DNA of 64,000 nt from contig NC_043004.1 of NCBI RefSeq assembly GCF_006345805.1, positions 14,694,001 through 14,758,000 of the forward strand, written 5' to 3'. Source of the DNA: Octopus sinensis. Taxonomy: Eukaryota. Under the pieces are notes generated by a model. The model worked only from the letters and a program-made list of their open reading frames with translations, did no database searches and was not told where the DNA came from. Shown piece after piece: positions 41,701 through 55,777 of this stretch. Each line of letters begins with the position of its first letter. Position 1 is the stretch's first letter. Position numbers and translations under genes: made by a program.

Positions 41701-41857
41701 AGTCTTTCTACTATACGCATAAAACCGGGGAATTTGAGGGGAGGCAGTTATTTGATTACACCGACTCCAGTTTTTCACTGGTACTTAATTAATCGACCTC
41801 TTTCGGGATCGACCACGGCGGAATTTCAACTCGAAACGTGAAAGCAGACGAAATGCC

Positions 41858-42010
41858 TTATTTACATTATTTACTTTTGACGGATATTTGTCCTCATCTT
41901 GTTTGTTGTTAACACAACGTTTCGGCTGATATTCTCTCCAGCCTTCAACAGGTGTCTTGGGGAAATTTCGAACCTGTGTTCTCATTCCTAAGGTATTTTT
42001 CGAAAATGTT
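41858..42010 (-). mobile_element. Short hammerhead-bearing repeat next to (TTA)n (HHR motif 41911-41956)
   Basis: GACAC-CUGUUGA-A-GGCUG..CAGCC-GAAA-CG-UU-GUGUU. Homologous to both arms at 44329-44501. Confidence 0.75.
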
Positions 42011-42014
42011 GTTG

Positions 42015-42079
<65 letters not shown>

Positions 42080-42180
42080 TGCTTCTGTTAGTAAAACACA
42101 GTTATATTTTTTCTAAATATTTTATCATAGACGCATATAATCCTATAGAGAAATCAAATGCCCATCAAACCCTATGTGCA

Positions 42181-42219
<39 letters not shown>

Positions 42220-42226
42220 TATAATA

Positions 42227-42273
<47 letters not shown>

Positions 42274-42302
42274 ATATATTATATATATATATATACATAT
42301 AT

Positions 42303-42348
<46 letters not shown>

Positions 42349-43290
42349 GTATATATATATATATACTCATATACATATATACATTTATGTATGTATGCGT
42401 GTATATATGTGTGTGTGTATCAAAACTGGAATTACTATTGTGTATATATGTTGTTTTTTCGTTAAAACTAATGATCATTCATATTCATTAATTCGTTCTG
42501 TGTGAGATTTTTTCGTTAATTGCGTTTCGTTGGCATATATTTAGGGCTGTTTATACTGTCTCGGGTTTTCCTTGGCTATTTAACCCACACTAAGTCAATA
42601 TTCATCGATAGAAGTCCAGACAGAACCTTCGTAATCTTGACCACAAAAACACTCTATCCTAGCTTGTATTCTAATAACCCGCTTGTCTTTTAAAAAGTCA
42701 ATAAAGCAAAATTTGACGATCATTTAGGCACTATTTCAAGCACGTCTAATGACTATATAACCATCTCCCAAATGGGTAATATTTTGGGTCGCATTTTGAT
42801 TAGGAAATGCTGTGATTGTGTTTCCTTACTGCTTGAAATAAAAATCGCACGTCGATATATTTTGTTGCCAATATAAAAAATTTCAAAATGACGGATATTG
42901 ATGTTCCTGCATGTCTTTGAATTGTGGTAGCTAAGTTTTATGAATGAATTCCTAAGTCGATTGAAACATTTCCATGGTGTCTCTCCAGTTTTCTAGTAGG
43001 AATAAAATAACATTACTCATTTAGAATATCGTAGTTATCCTCGCTAAATATTTCTATTTATCATTACAATGTTCCCTGCATTAAAAATATTAACACTATC
43101 TTAAATATGATTCCGTATTTCGCAATCCTCTCAGTCATAAATCTCACATCTTGATTTTGTGATTTCTTACAATATTCTGTTGCTATTCTTCATATTTCCA
43201 TTACTTATGTCCTTGGTTCTCTCTGAGAAGCTTAAATCTTCAGTTATGTTTTCATTCTTTGATTTCAGTATTTACATTCAAATTAATATA

Positions 43291-43848
43291 TTGGGTTGTC
43301 CGGAAAGTTCGTGCCGATGTTTAAAGGAGAGAAAAAGGTCAATAAATATTTCCCATTACATTTTTAATCAACCAAATATGAACCATTTTGTTGCACAATG
43401 CGTCTCCAACTTTTCTTTAACTTGAAAATACTGTCATCCCAGAATGGAGGTGGTTTCATGGCAAAGAAGGTGTCTTTTTACGTCATCCAAGGAATTGAAA
43501 TTGTTACAATTAAGACTATTCTGCAGAGACCTGAATTTGTGGAAAGACAAAGGAGCAATATCTGGTGAATATGGAGGGTGGTGTAACACATCCCAGCCGA
43601 GCTGCAGCAATTTTTGTCTGGTTCCCAAAGCATCAAGTGCAGAAAATGAACTATCTTCCCTTCCATTTTAAAGGGTTACAGAATGAACACAGGTTATAGG
43701 AACATAAACCTTCTTCCAAGAAAAGATAGCTTAAACTGCGCTCTAAATGGAGATGTAGACAAATCCTAATTTATGGACTCAACCATGTTCTAAAATAAGT
43801 TGAAAAGTAAGCTTCTATAAATTGGCACGAACTTTCCAGACAACCCAA
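43291..43848 (-). mobile_element. Internally deleted mariner element (558 bp), same family as 17988-18528
   Basis: TIRs ttgggttgtc..gaaagttcgtgcc at both ends, TA flanks, HHPPYSPDIAP motif, same deletion junction. Confidence 0.93.
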
Positions 43849-44328
43849 TACATTATAATGCATGTAATTAATGTTTAAGTAGCTTTTCTGCGTTAACCTA
43901 ATTTCACAGATATTTTTACATATCACTATTATATTCACATACAGATTTTAATACATTTTACAGTAAGATTAAAATGGCTTTCGTATATAATTTTTAATTA
44001 AATGTACAAAGAGCTGATGAATACTTCTTTCATTACCATTAGCCATTGTTATTTTGATAAAAAAAAATTGTTAATGAAGTCAAATCTAGCGAAAATCACA
44101 ATACAGACAAAGAAAATCCTTGAAATATTTTACATTTTATGTACAATATTTCATATATTCCCTTTACCTCAGTTTGCGAATGTGTTTTGCAGTTTATCTT
44201 GAGGTGAATAATGTATTACCGTATTAAACCGATACTATCTTCACATGCGGTTTTCTGACCTCGCTCTGCCGAAAATCTGTTTTAGCTCCCGCTACCATTT
44301 TATTACTACATTATTTACATAATTTACG

Positions 44329-44501
44329 TTTGACGGATATTTGTCCTTACCTTGTTTGTTGTTAACACATCGTTTCGGCTGATATACCCTCCAGCCTTCA
44401 TCAGGTTCGAAATTTCCCCAAACACCTGATGAATGCTGGAGGGTATATCAGCCGAAACGTTATGTTAACAACAGACAAGATGAGGACAAATATCCGTCAA
44501 A
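44329..44501. repeat. Foldback palindrome of the hammerhead-bearing repeat (78-bp arms, 17-bp spacer)
   Basis: Arms 44329-44406 and 44424-44501 with 6 mismatches by hand. Each arm has CUGAUGA..stem II..GAAAC. Confidence 0.93.
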
Positions 44502-46394
44502 TGCAAATAATATACATAATTCCCCATCTCTTAAATATAGAACTGTACAATTTATTGCTGTTTACTAGTCTGCATGTTGCAATAAGTTTCAACTACGAGA
44601 TTTTCGAAAATGTTAATTTTTATGTATCCGGAATGGGGTCTATTGATTGTTTAAAAACGACACAGCCCAAGAGGGGAGAGAAAGCTAGTGAGACCCGTTT
44701 TTGCCATTAACTTTAAAGGGGTTACATCTTGTTAGTGACTGCCAGCTGGTAACCTTGATACGAAAAAAATATATTACGTAATTGTTGTTGATTCAACTAA
44801 TTATAATCTATCGTTCTCTTATCAGTTCGGTCAAATATAAGGGGTTCAGAATGTTTGAACATCGCAAGCAAATGCGAAATTGTTATATCTAAACATATGG
44901 TGGCGATTTAGAAGCATCGGAAAACTGCTTTGCGATGTTTTATACAACTTTACATGTTCCTAGTTCAAATCGTGCTGAGGTAAAATTTGTTTTTCATCTT
45001 TTTTTTGGTCGATAAGAGTGAATTGTCGATAGTATTGATTACTCTCTTTAAAATTGCTGCCGTGTTCAAAAACAAGAAAATAAAAAAAAAAACACATTAG
45101 ATCTATCCAGCAGTTGAATGATAGATAATCGCATATTATCCCAGATGATGTCACTATGTGTTGTTGCTTTGCCACAATTAAATGATAACGAGGATAATGA
45201 TGATCATGAGAAGAAAGCAGAAAAGGACAGGGACAAGGACGAAGGTGCCAAAACAAAGAAGAAATACCGGAAAATTATGCATTATCAATAAATTTTCTTT
45301 CTGCGGGAATGAGGCATATCGACGAAATTGTAATATTTTCTCTCTCAAATATACACTGTACCAGTTATAGATGTATAATTATTGTATTGAAGCAGCACTC
45401 AACAGACGAGGAGTTCGTATCTATTTGTAGATGTACCATATTTCCAGTAACATGTTATAGAAATTAAAATCTAAATTTTAGTTTTGAATATTTATTGAAA
45501 ATTAATATCATAGATAAGAATGGTTATTTTAGCCTAGGCAGCTAGGAAGGTGTAGGAGTTTGATCGTAACTGTGATAATACTAAATTCATGAATTCATCT
45601 CATTTGAGCTATGATATAACTTTTTACATCTATACAATATACTTCGAAATCTAACAAATAAAGATGTACTAACGAACACATAAATATAATTAAAATTGTG
45701 TTAGTTCAACCTGGAACGCAATAAAGACATTACAAAAACCACATTTTCCAAGTAGAGTAGACATCGTACTAAAATGATGTAAGTATATTTCTTTTAAAGT
45801 ACCGAATTATTCGTTTCATCAACTCTTCATGCACTTCGAAACCCAACAAGAACGAGATAAACTAAAACATGAATAAATATATAAATAAATAATGAATAGC
45901 AAAATGTTTGGTAGTATACATCAGGATATCATATAAACTTACAAAAGCATCATCTGTCAAATAGTGAAGTAATTCCCATATAAAAATACCCAATAATAAC
46001 ATTCAGGTAGGCTGAATAACGCAAAAGTAAAAAAGTTAAAGCGCATGTATAGAAATAAGAAAATTTCGAGAAGAAATGAAAGAATAGACGCAGATTATAA
46101 TGTACGTCATATGCACGTGACTGACGTACCATATACATACGAACACACAAGCACACACATATATCTATATGTAAAAAAACACACACACATAATATATTTG
46201 TTTGAGTGTATGTGTGTGTGTATGTATTTATGCATATACTTATTTATGAATCGATATTGATGAATGATATATAGTATCTTGTAATATATATATGCAATAA
46301 TTTAGCTACGTAATTGCATACACATAATGACTGTATGCGCCTGTATGTATATATATATATGTGTTCGTGTATGATTTTGTGTGTATATGAATGC

Positions 46395-46433
<39 letters not shown>

Positions 46434-46844
46434 CGCATACACACTTATATACATATATACAGACATAAGTGCTACTTTTATCCCATTGCTAGCCAATGAA
46501 AATAGTAAAATATCAAAATATCCATTTGGATACCCAGGGGAAATCACATTGTGGAGTTAATGGACGAAATATACAAATAGATACGAACGCAGCCGTCCAA
46601 TCAACACACACATACACACATACACGCACACATACATATAGATCCATACGTTACGGGAACACACAAATATATATATTCATATTAATATGCATAACTGTAC
46701 GTGTTCACGTATATACAAACACTCATATTCAATATCGTAAACATTTATATGTATATATCTATATCTATATATATATATATATAAATGCACACACACACAT
46801 ATATATACATAAATATTATGAATATATATTTATATATATATACA

Positions 46845-46903
<59 letters not shown>

Positions 46904-47732
46904 GAGTATATATACATATAGATGTGCATATATATACATATATATACATGTATATATATATATATACGTATTTATATATGTATATATGTATATATATATA
47001 TATGCATACATACATATATATATATATATATATGTAGAGATACACATACGTGCACACACTTATATATATGTATATATATATATACTTATATGCATGCTTG
47101 CGTATACAGTACAACCAATACTAACACACTTTTCCATAGTTAAAAGTTAATAGATATTAGAACCGAAGTTACATTTATGCACAGACATCCTCTTCCACTC
47201 ATAAATTGTTGTAATCTTGATTAGATTCACTGCGGTTATGTATATTAAGCACTACGTAATAATCGATAAGTAGTTGGTGAAAAACCTAAATATATTGTTT
47301 GTGTTTGCATAAAAGTAATAGCTATGCAATGATGTGTGTTTGAGCAATTGATCTAATTTTACGACCGGTATTTATCAGTCTTTATATTTACCTATATGCA
47401 TATGAATGCCAATATAATAGCAAATATAATCTAGCACAAACAATAGAGATATTCTTATAATAAATCTATATATTAAAAAATCAACACACACTCACACATA
47501 TATAGAGATACACACTCACACGGACACACACGCATATATATATTTGTAATAAATATTCATACTAATAAATATCGAAATTTTTTTTCACATAGAGAAGACT
47601 CAATTTGAGTGTTTCGCTGTCATCCATATTTTCATCAGTATATATATATATATATATACAGCCAGTATCTGCACAAATGTACGCATGTATTTACATATAT
47701 ATTCCTTTTTCAATTATATATATATATATATA

Positions 47733-47768
<36 letters not shown>

Positions 47769-48302
47769 TATAAAATGAGAGAATTTAATAATTTAATAAT
47801 AAACGCATACTTCAATTTCCGTGTTAAACATGCGTTAGGTATCTAATATTTAATTATTGTGAACTTTGTATGCATGAATATGTATGCATTATGGGTTGCA
47901 GTATTAGAAGTAGGACAGAAACATTTAGAAAAAGAAATATGTTACTGTGGATGCATTGAACAAGTGAGTGTACTTTCAAGACATTTATGCACTGTGAATA
48001 ATGCAATTAAGTGAAAACATTTCCTTATATGGTAATCTGGAACTTGCAAACTATGTTAAGATTTATGCAAAATTTACCACTTATCACAAAAGTCTGGGAA
48101 ATTCTCAGTAGCTTTGTTATATCTGCATTAACTTCTCCTACAAGGATTTTCAAGATGTTTAGAATGCAATTGCCAAGTACCTTTGGAGTATGAGGATTTC
48201 CAGAACATTTCCGCCTGTGTTCCGTGAAGCGTAGACTTATAACTAACGAAACTTTCTTGAATGGAAACACACCCGATGTTATTATATACACACTTATAGC
48301 TA

Positions 48303-48369
<67 letters not shown>

Positions 48370-49204
48370 TGTGTGTGTGTGTGTGTGTTTACATAATTAT
48401 AGATGAGGATGAATGTAGGCACATTTTGTAACAGTCATCATATCAGCTCCTCTCAAATTGAATAAGTTCCGCAGTACATTAAAACCGTATACAATATCCT
48501 TAACATTAATATTCAATGCAAATAGTGTGCAAAAAATACACATTTTGTAGTGATATTTTTATTTATTATAATCATCTACGTGTCTCATCAAAACATATTT
48601 TGCTTGTATATTGAAGTTTGCCGAAAGTTCTATTGTTCCATTCACGGTTTTTTCATATTCATTTATATGTTTTGATTTTCTAATATTTCCTCTTCTTTAA
48701 TATCAGTTTTCGCTTTGTTGTTGTATAAAATATAAGACTGCTTTAGATTTTAATCATGTTTTGATGTTATAAAGTAAAATGTATGAAAATTTGCATAATT
48801 CGAAAATTATAATCAAAATTTTAATAAACATAACCATTTCATTACGTTCATTTTACGCAAATTAAACCTATAGCTTTTGTGATACTCGGTATTTCAAAAG
48901 CAATCACCTGAGGGAATTCATGCAGTAAAACGCTGAACAAAAGTAAAAGAAAAAATATTGCATTTTTCATTTAAGAATTATGAAGTAAAATTCGGCAAAG
49001 AATATGAAGATGGAAAGCAGATAAAATGAAGAGAGTGAAGGAGAAGAAGAACAAGAAGATGCAGAAAAGCAGAAATACAGTAGACGTACAAGAAAAAATG
49101 TCGTAGCAGGAAGACATCATAATGGGAGAAATAGTAAGACAGATTCGAACACAAAAATCAGGAGGAGAAAATTATTTACGTTTATACAGAATGTTTTTAC
49201 TTAC

Positions 49205-49381
49205 CTGGTATGCAACGTGGAATAAGTGTCCATGAACCATTTATGCATTTGATATCTGACGTATCATTGAGAACTAGACCTTCTCTACAGCGAAAATTAA
49301 TGAATGTTTCGTGATCGACCCACATACCTTCACGACTGTGCATTACTGTACCATTTAAAATGGATGGGACTTGACATTGAC
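49205..49381 (-). CDS. Internal exon encoding a complete sushi/CCP domain (GQCQVPSILNG...FRCREGLVL...KCINGSWTLIPRCIP), phase 1 to 1
   Basis: Acceptor ggttttttctgtttcag| and donor G|gtaagt. 177 nt. Four Cys plus the conserved Trp. In frame with the preceding exon (G+GT = Gly). Confidence 0.93.
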
Positions 49382-49409
49382 CTGAAACAGAAAAAACCAA
49401 TAATATGAA

Positions 49410-49427
49410 TCTGTATGTATGTATGTA

Positions 49428-49463
<36 letters not shown>

Positions 49464-49531
49464 TGTATGTATGTATGTATGTATGTATGTATGTATGTAT
49501 GTATGTATGTATATGGATATCTATATCTATC

Positions 49532-49562
<31 letters not shown>

Positions 49563-49571
49563 CTATCTATA

Positions 49572-49602
<31 letters not shown>

Positions 49603-49653
49603 ATATATATATCTATATATATATATATCTATCTATCTATATATATATATATC

Positions 49654-49689
<36 letters not shown>

Positions 49690-49690
49690 T
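49410..49690. repeat. Compound (ATGT)n(ATCT)n(AT)n(AG)n tract
   Basis: Direct reading. Confidence 0.95.
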
Positions 49691-49980
49691 AAATATATAT
49701 ATAAATTAGAGTAAACTAATATTATGTAATTCAGACGATGATAGATATAAGCCAAATCATAAAGAAAAACATAAAATACATTATAGAACATATAAACTAG
49801 ATCACAAAAAGTACAAAGAAATGAGTAAACATTATATAGTAAGTAAAAAGACTACATAATTTATATATATTATATATTTATATTGTGAAATTTGATTTAA
49901 TACTAGATTGAATTTTTCCCTGTAAGTTTGGAGTTATACTCCCTAAGATATATATATATAATATATATATATTATATATA

Positions 49981-50048
<68 letters not shown>

Positions 50049-50123
50049 TATATACAGGTTGTGCTCCAGCATGGCCGCCGCAGTCAAATGACTGAAACAA
50101 GTATGAGAATAAAAGAATAAAGA

Positions 50124-50154
<31 letters not shown>

Positions 50155-50722
50155 AAAGGAAAGAATAGAGTCAAAAGGAAAATGGAGTACGATTCGACGG
50201 CTGTTTAATGACCACGTACGCATGTTTCGATACAACATAGATCTACATATATAGAAGATTTAAATTTAAATTAAGTAACGCTTTATCTGTATAATAAGAC
50301 CTAGTTGTATCTCCTCAGGTGATGTATAATCGCTGTCTCCAAATGTAATTCCTATCCTATCACATCCAACTGGCTCCTTTGAATCTAGCTCACGCTCACA
50401 GCTTCAATCCGCTCGCTGTGAGCGTGCCTCTGCACGTTCGACTTGAGCAACATCGTGTACGTTGTCTGTGTACTTTGTTACACGGTAGGCTGCACATGCT
50501 AAATTATATTATGTCGCAAATACACTCACACTTACACTCATACATACACATACACGCACACACCCATACATACACACACACACACACACGTACACAAAAA
50601 CACACACATGCACATATAAATTATCTTTTCATACACGAGGAATGCCCAAGCCTAGTATACCATAATACTACCAGCTATCTGGTAATTCTAAGAGTGAATA
50701 CACACGCACACAAACGCATATA

Positions 50723-50918
50723 TACGAAAAGATCTTGGCTTTAACGGTGCCGCGAAAGGCCTGGTTGTAAGATTTATTTAACAGGGCTTAGAAAAACAGA
50801 AAGACCGCTGCAATAAGTGTGTTGATCCGAGCGGAAAATACACTGAATAAAATCATAATTAATAGATCATCCTGTGTTTTCTTTAACCCAAAACCATGAA
50901 CTTTTCAACATCCCTTCG
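50723..50918 (+). mobile_element. Mariner-derived MITE, same family as 25516-25735
   Basis: cagggcttagaaaaacagaaagaccgctgcaataagtgtg (GLEKQKDRCNKCV), ending aacttttcaacatcccttcgTA. Confidence 0.7.
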
Positions 50919-51076
50919 TATATATATATTTCGTTTTACACTAAGAAGCTATGTACAGTACCAGAATTTTCGAATCAAGTCAAATATAACAAACCACTCC
51001 AAATCGTTATTAGATTACCCGCTTCAGTGGAGTAAAAACCGGTTAGTTTGTAGTGGCATCGAGCCGTATAAATTAT

Positions 51077-51719
51077 TTTCTACTCTAAGCACAAGACCCG
51101 ACATTTTGGGGAAGAGGGCAAGTCGATTAGAATACTCCCAGTACGCAACTGGTACTCAATTTATAGACCCTGTAAGAATGAAAGGCAAAGTCGACTTCGG
51201 CGGAAATTGAACTCAGAACGTAAAGACAGATGAAATAACGCTGAGCATTACGCCAGCTTGCCGCCTTGAAAGATTAAATATTTTTTCTACTCTAGTCACA
51301 AGGCCCGAAATGTTTGGAGAGGGGGCCATTCGATTTGATTGACTCCAGTGCGCAACTGGTACTTAATTTATCGGCCCCTAAAGGATGAAAGGCAAAGTCG
51401 ACCTCAGCATAATATGAACCCAGAACGTAGAGACAGACGAAATACCGCTATGCATTTCACCCGTCGTGCTAAAGGTTTCTGCCAGCTCGCCGCCTTGTGA
51501 AGTGATAAATATTCTTTTCGACTCTCGGCACAAGACCCGAAATATTTAGGGAAGGGGTCAGTCGATTAGATCGACCCCGGTACGCAACTGGTACTTAATT
51601 TATCGACCCCAAAAGGATGAATGGCAAAGTCGACCTCGGCGGATTTGAACGTAAAGTCAGATGAAATACAGCTAAGCATTTCACTCGGCGTGCTACCGTT
51701 TCTTCCAGCTCGCCGCCTT
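51077..51719 (-). mobile_element. Three head-to-tail copies of the aaggcgg-head SINE (51077-51267, about 51285-51496, about 51515-51719)
   Basis: Each contains actggtact.aatttat..gatgaa.ggcaaagtcgac and ends gccgcctt. Confidence 0.92.
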
Positions 51720-52495
51720 CGGGCTGTATACATTGTAATAATGATATCAAAACGTATAGTGATATTTTGAAATCATTTAATCCGTACCTTTCAAGTTTGT
51801 CACCGAGTTTATTTCAAACCCATACACTCCTCAAATTCATGAACTCTATCGGCTTTTACTTAGATATCTATGCTACCAAACATCATCTCGTTTTCTTTCA
51901 ATACCATTTACTTATACATCCATTCCACCTCCTTCCACTGCCACTTCACAGATCTCCCACTTCATTTTCTCCCTTTCTTTCACTCTGTCGCCCGCTCACT
52001 TATTCTGTTTTTCTCTCTCTCCCCCTCTGTATACATATCTTCCTCTAATGTTTGTAACCAACTTACTAATCTAACCATATGTCCCCATTGAAATATCTCC
52101 ATTAAACTTTTTATATTTCGAATCGCTTCAACTGGGGATGATTTATGTAATGGATGCATTACCTATTATATATTACTCTAACCGGTAACGTACGTATTTA
52201 ATAATTACTATATGTTTCGACTCTATTGTTAGAAGAGTATAACATACACACGTTCGTGCGCGCGCACACACACATACACATATTTTTTCAGGTTGTTTCA
52301 AGTTCAAATGAAACGAATCTATGTCTTTCCACTTAGAATAACGACATCACATATATATTAGACAGTAAATAAAATATTTCAGCGATAATCGTTAGACCCT
52401 CAAATATATTTTGATTTGAAAAGAGCCCTTCTTCAATAAAAAGTTCACAAGAATGAAATTGAAGAGGAACAGAAGAATTTTACACTCCATAAGTT

Positions 52496-52578
<83 letters not shown>

Positions 52579-52587
52579 GCATATATA

Positions 52588-52845
52588 GTGGAGGCGCAAC
52601 GGCCCAGTGGTCAGGGCAGCGGACTCACGGTCGTAGGATCGTGGTTTCGATTCCCAGACCGGGCGTTGTAAGTGTTTATTGAGTGAAAACACCTAAAGCT
52701 CCACATTCTCCGGCAGGGGGGGGGGGGCGATCCCTGCTTACTCTCACTCTTTCTTCTGTTGGCCTGCTCGCTTAGCCAACGGGGTGGCGTCATTTGAAGG
52801 CTAAAGCAATGCGAACCGTATTGTGACCAGCGATGTATAGCAAAA
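52588..52845 (+). mobile_element. tRNA-derived SINE (head A + tail Y)
   Basis: Head nearly identical to 10891; 3' part unrelated after about 52760. Confidence 0.85.
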
Positions 52846-53018
52846 AAATGGTCCTAAAAAAAAATGGTCCTAAAAAAAAAAGTTTAAGTTCATAATTCCC
52901 TGCTTGCGGTTGTGTCAGTTACACTAACGCGATATACAGCACTCATGTATATATATTCTAATCGTGATATGACGATGATTCGTTGTACTCTGTGTGCATG
53001 GAGATTATTCATACATAC

Positions 53019-53110
53019 CCCAACATTTCGGTGGTGGATGGGACCATGCTCCATTATCCTGACATTGTGTGGAAAATGATGGTCCATCAAATGTTGTTCT
53101 TACATTGCAT
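53019..53110 (-). CDS. Internal exon, C-terminal half of the same CCP domain (CNVRTTFDGPSFSTQCQDNGAWSHPPPKCW), phase 2 to 1
   Basis: Acceptor tatattttgcag| and donor G|gtatgt. 92 nt open, in a frame not listed in the ORF track. C-x3-G-x-W-x5-C CCP signature. Confidence 0.92.
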
Positions 53111-55013
53111 CTGCAAAATATAACGATCACGAGCATTAAATCAGTATTCAATTACAGGCATTTATTGTTTCAAACATCATTTATATTTAAATATTAGATA
53201 GCGTTAGATACGAGAGTTAATTAGAACATTGTAAAGCATGGAAGGATTAAGCTGTTGTAGTTTATAAAACGAAGAGAAAACGAGATAGTGCGTCTATAGC
53301 TTTTTGCAGCATAGATCAATAAATGTGAACGCTCTTCCGAGATCACAATATTATCCCACCGTGCGTTAGCTATCGGCTAACCAAATTCATACTTATCAAC
53401 CTACCACCCTTTAAGAACTAGCATAAAATAATGACATTGTTTGAGGAAAAGGGGTACATAATCGCCCTTATATCTACCCTGAATTATAACGGAGCCTCAA
53501 TATGATTAAAGTTACTGGTGTTGGATCTAATTAAGTATCTTTATTCCATCAATTTTTATTTTTACTTCGTTCAGCGTGCGCCGGTATAAGTAGTTGTTTT
53601 TGAGTGCAGGAAAGAAAATAGTTTATGACCATAATAAAATGAGTTGATTTCAATTAGCATTGTGTCTGTTATTAACTGAGAAACGCATTATGTTGTTTGA
53701 ATGTAATTCCGACTGGGTCACCAAGTGGAGAAGAGCAGGTAAGAAGCCGTAATTACAATCAATCACTAGTACCACTTAATAATGGAATTTGTCTTTGAAA
53801 TATCGGGCGAATCTTGCCAATATCTAAACCAACTTGATCTACTATAATCTGATTATGAAGTTGAGACGAAGGGATCATTTGATAGCATTAAACCTTTGTA
53901 CATTGATGCGTCTGAATAGACACAGGCGGCCTTTGAAGGTGAAAAACAAACAAACAAAAATTATATATTTGTGATATAACAGAACTATAACATGCAGGCC
54001 ATGTTTTGATTGTCAAGAGAATTACCTTATTCCAACATGTGTGTCGAGATGCCTTCACCGAGTATCGCATGACATATCTACAGAGATTTCCTTAGAGAGT
54101 TGTCTCGTTTAAGAAAGGCTAAAGGGCTCCCTCTCCTCGTTTCAATTCCTTTCGGTGTTGCTGCACCTCTAAATAAATAAACTATGATATGGCTTGTAGA
54201 TTTTTCACAAACCACAATATTTTCTTCAATCTTATATTTCCTTTGTGGCTTTGCATATACATCAATTTGCTGTGTATATTACCAACTAATTTACACTGTG
54301 CTTGACATCACAACATTGTATGCAATGCACAAGTTGAAATGTTAACCGTTTCACATCTGTAATGTTTTCAGATACTTGCTCCAATCTAACAAACAGACAA
54401 TGCGATAGATAAAAAGTTAACACCGGAGTGATATAAACAGTAACCATCTCAAAACAATTCCGAGCAATAACGCAGATTATCTGAGTAATCAGCTCTGGAA
54501 GATAGTCATGCTAGTCTTTATATGCAATTTAAAATCATTTTAATCTGGCACTACTACAAGAAAGAGGCCGGTTCTATTCGGCACAATCTGTACAGAACTG
54601 ATGTGAGAGTACCGGAATCTCAATGAGAGAAGAGAAAGATAAAAAAAAGCATCGTGCATGGAGTGGATTAGCGGCATTCTTCCCACTAATATTCTGTTCG
54701 CATTCTCGCCATTTTTGATTGTATCGAATCTCTGTAAAGCAGATCCGTCTTTCTCGCGAGTTAAAGAGGGAAGATTGTTTCCAAGACAAATTAATGATGG
54801 AGACAACACTTCTACGTTAGTCTCTTATATTGTCTTGTGCTACATTTTATTTCATCAACGCTTGCCAATAATCATATATTTATCATTGTACGAAGATATT
54901 TGTTGTTACAAGAAAATATAACGATTTTTAATAATTAATCCTATAAACAATTCAATATACACCCACACCCAAAACCCCACACTGTTATATATATATATAT
55001 ATATTATGTATGT

Positions 55014-55065
<52 letters not shown>

Positions 55066-55745
55066 ATGAGTGTCTATGTGTGAGGGCCCAGGCTTGCATT
55101 TGCGTGCGTATATATATTTAAATACAGAGACATCGCATACGCACGTTATATATGAGTGCATTTGTGTATACACGCATACCGATATATATGTCTGTGCGTG
55201 TGTGTGTGTGTGTGCGCGCAAGCCTCTGTGTGAGTGAGTGCGTGTGCATATGTGCGTGTGTGGGTGATAGGATAGCGCAAATATAATAACAGAAATGAAA
55301 TTAAATGTTTCGGATTAAAATTTCCATCCATAGATACAAATCTAAAAATATATGAAGAACTTGATACAAGTTGGCAAAATATTGTATATAGGTATATGAG
55401 TGGGTGTGCATATGTATGCGCATGCTTATATAACAGTGTATGTATTTATGGGTGTATTATGAAAAATGAGTGGGAAAATTGAAGCAGTAGGTTGACGTCA
55501 TTCAGCTATGTGAGGACAAAAAATATTTGCCTTACTCAGCTCAGATTGTTTAATAACAACATTGTCTAAATTGTTTTTATTGAAATAAATCAAATAGGAA
55601 TATTTAATAATCACACATATTCCCAAACGACGCATATATGCACAAACCTAGAATCACATAATCGCTGACATAATAGCATACAGACAAGGTTTTATGTATG
55701 TACTTATGATATATGATATGTATATGTATGGGAATATATATTTGC

Positions 55746-55777
<32 letters not shown>

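Noticed and set aside
46490-46550. VISPGYPNGY, resembling a CUB-domain start, on the minus strand
   Set aside because: No acceptor AG or pyrimidine tract upstream, and no further CUB residues before the microsatellite.
48025-48291. 88-aa minus-strand ORF just downstream of the sushi exon
   Set aside because: No CCP pattern, and splice signals are weak or phase-incompatible.
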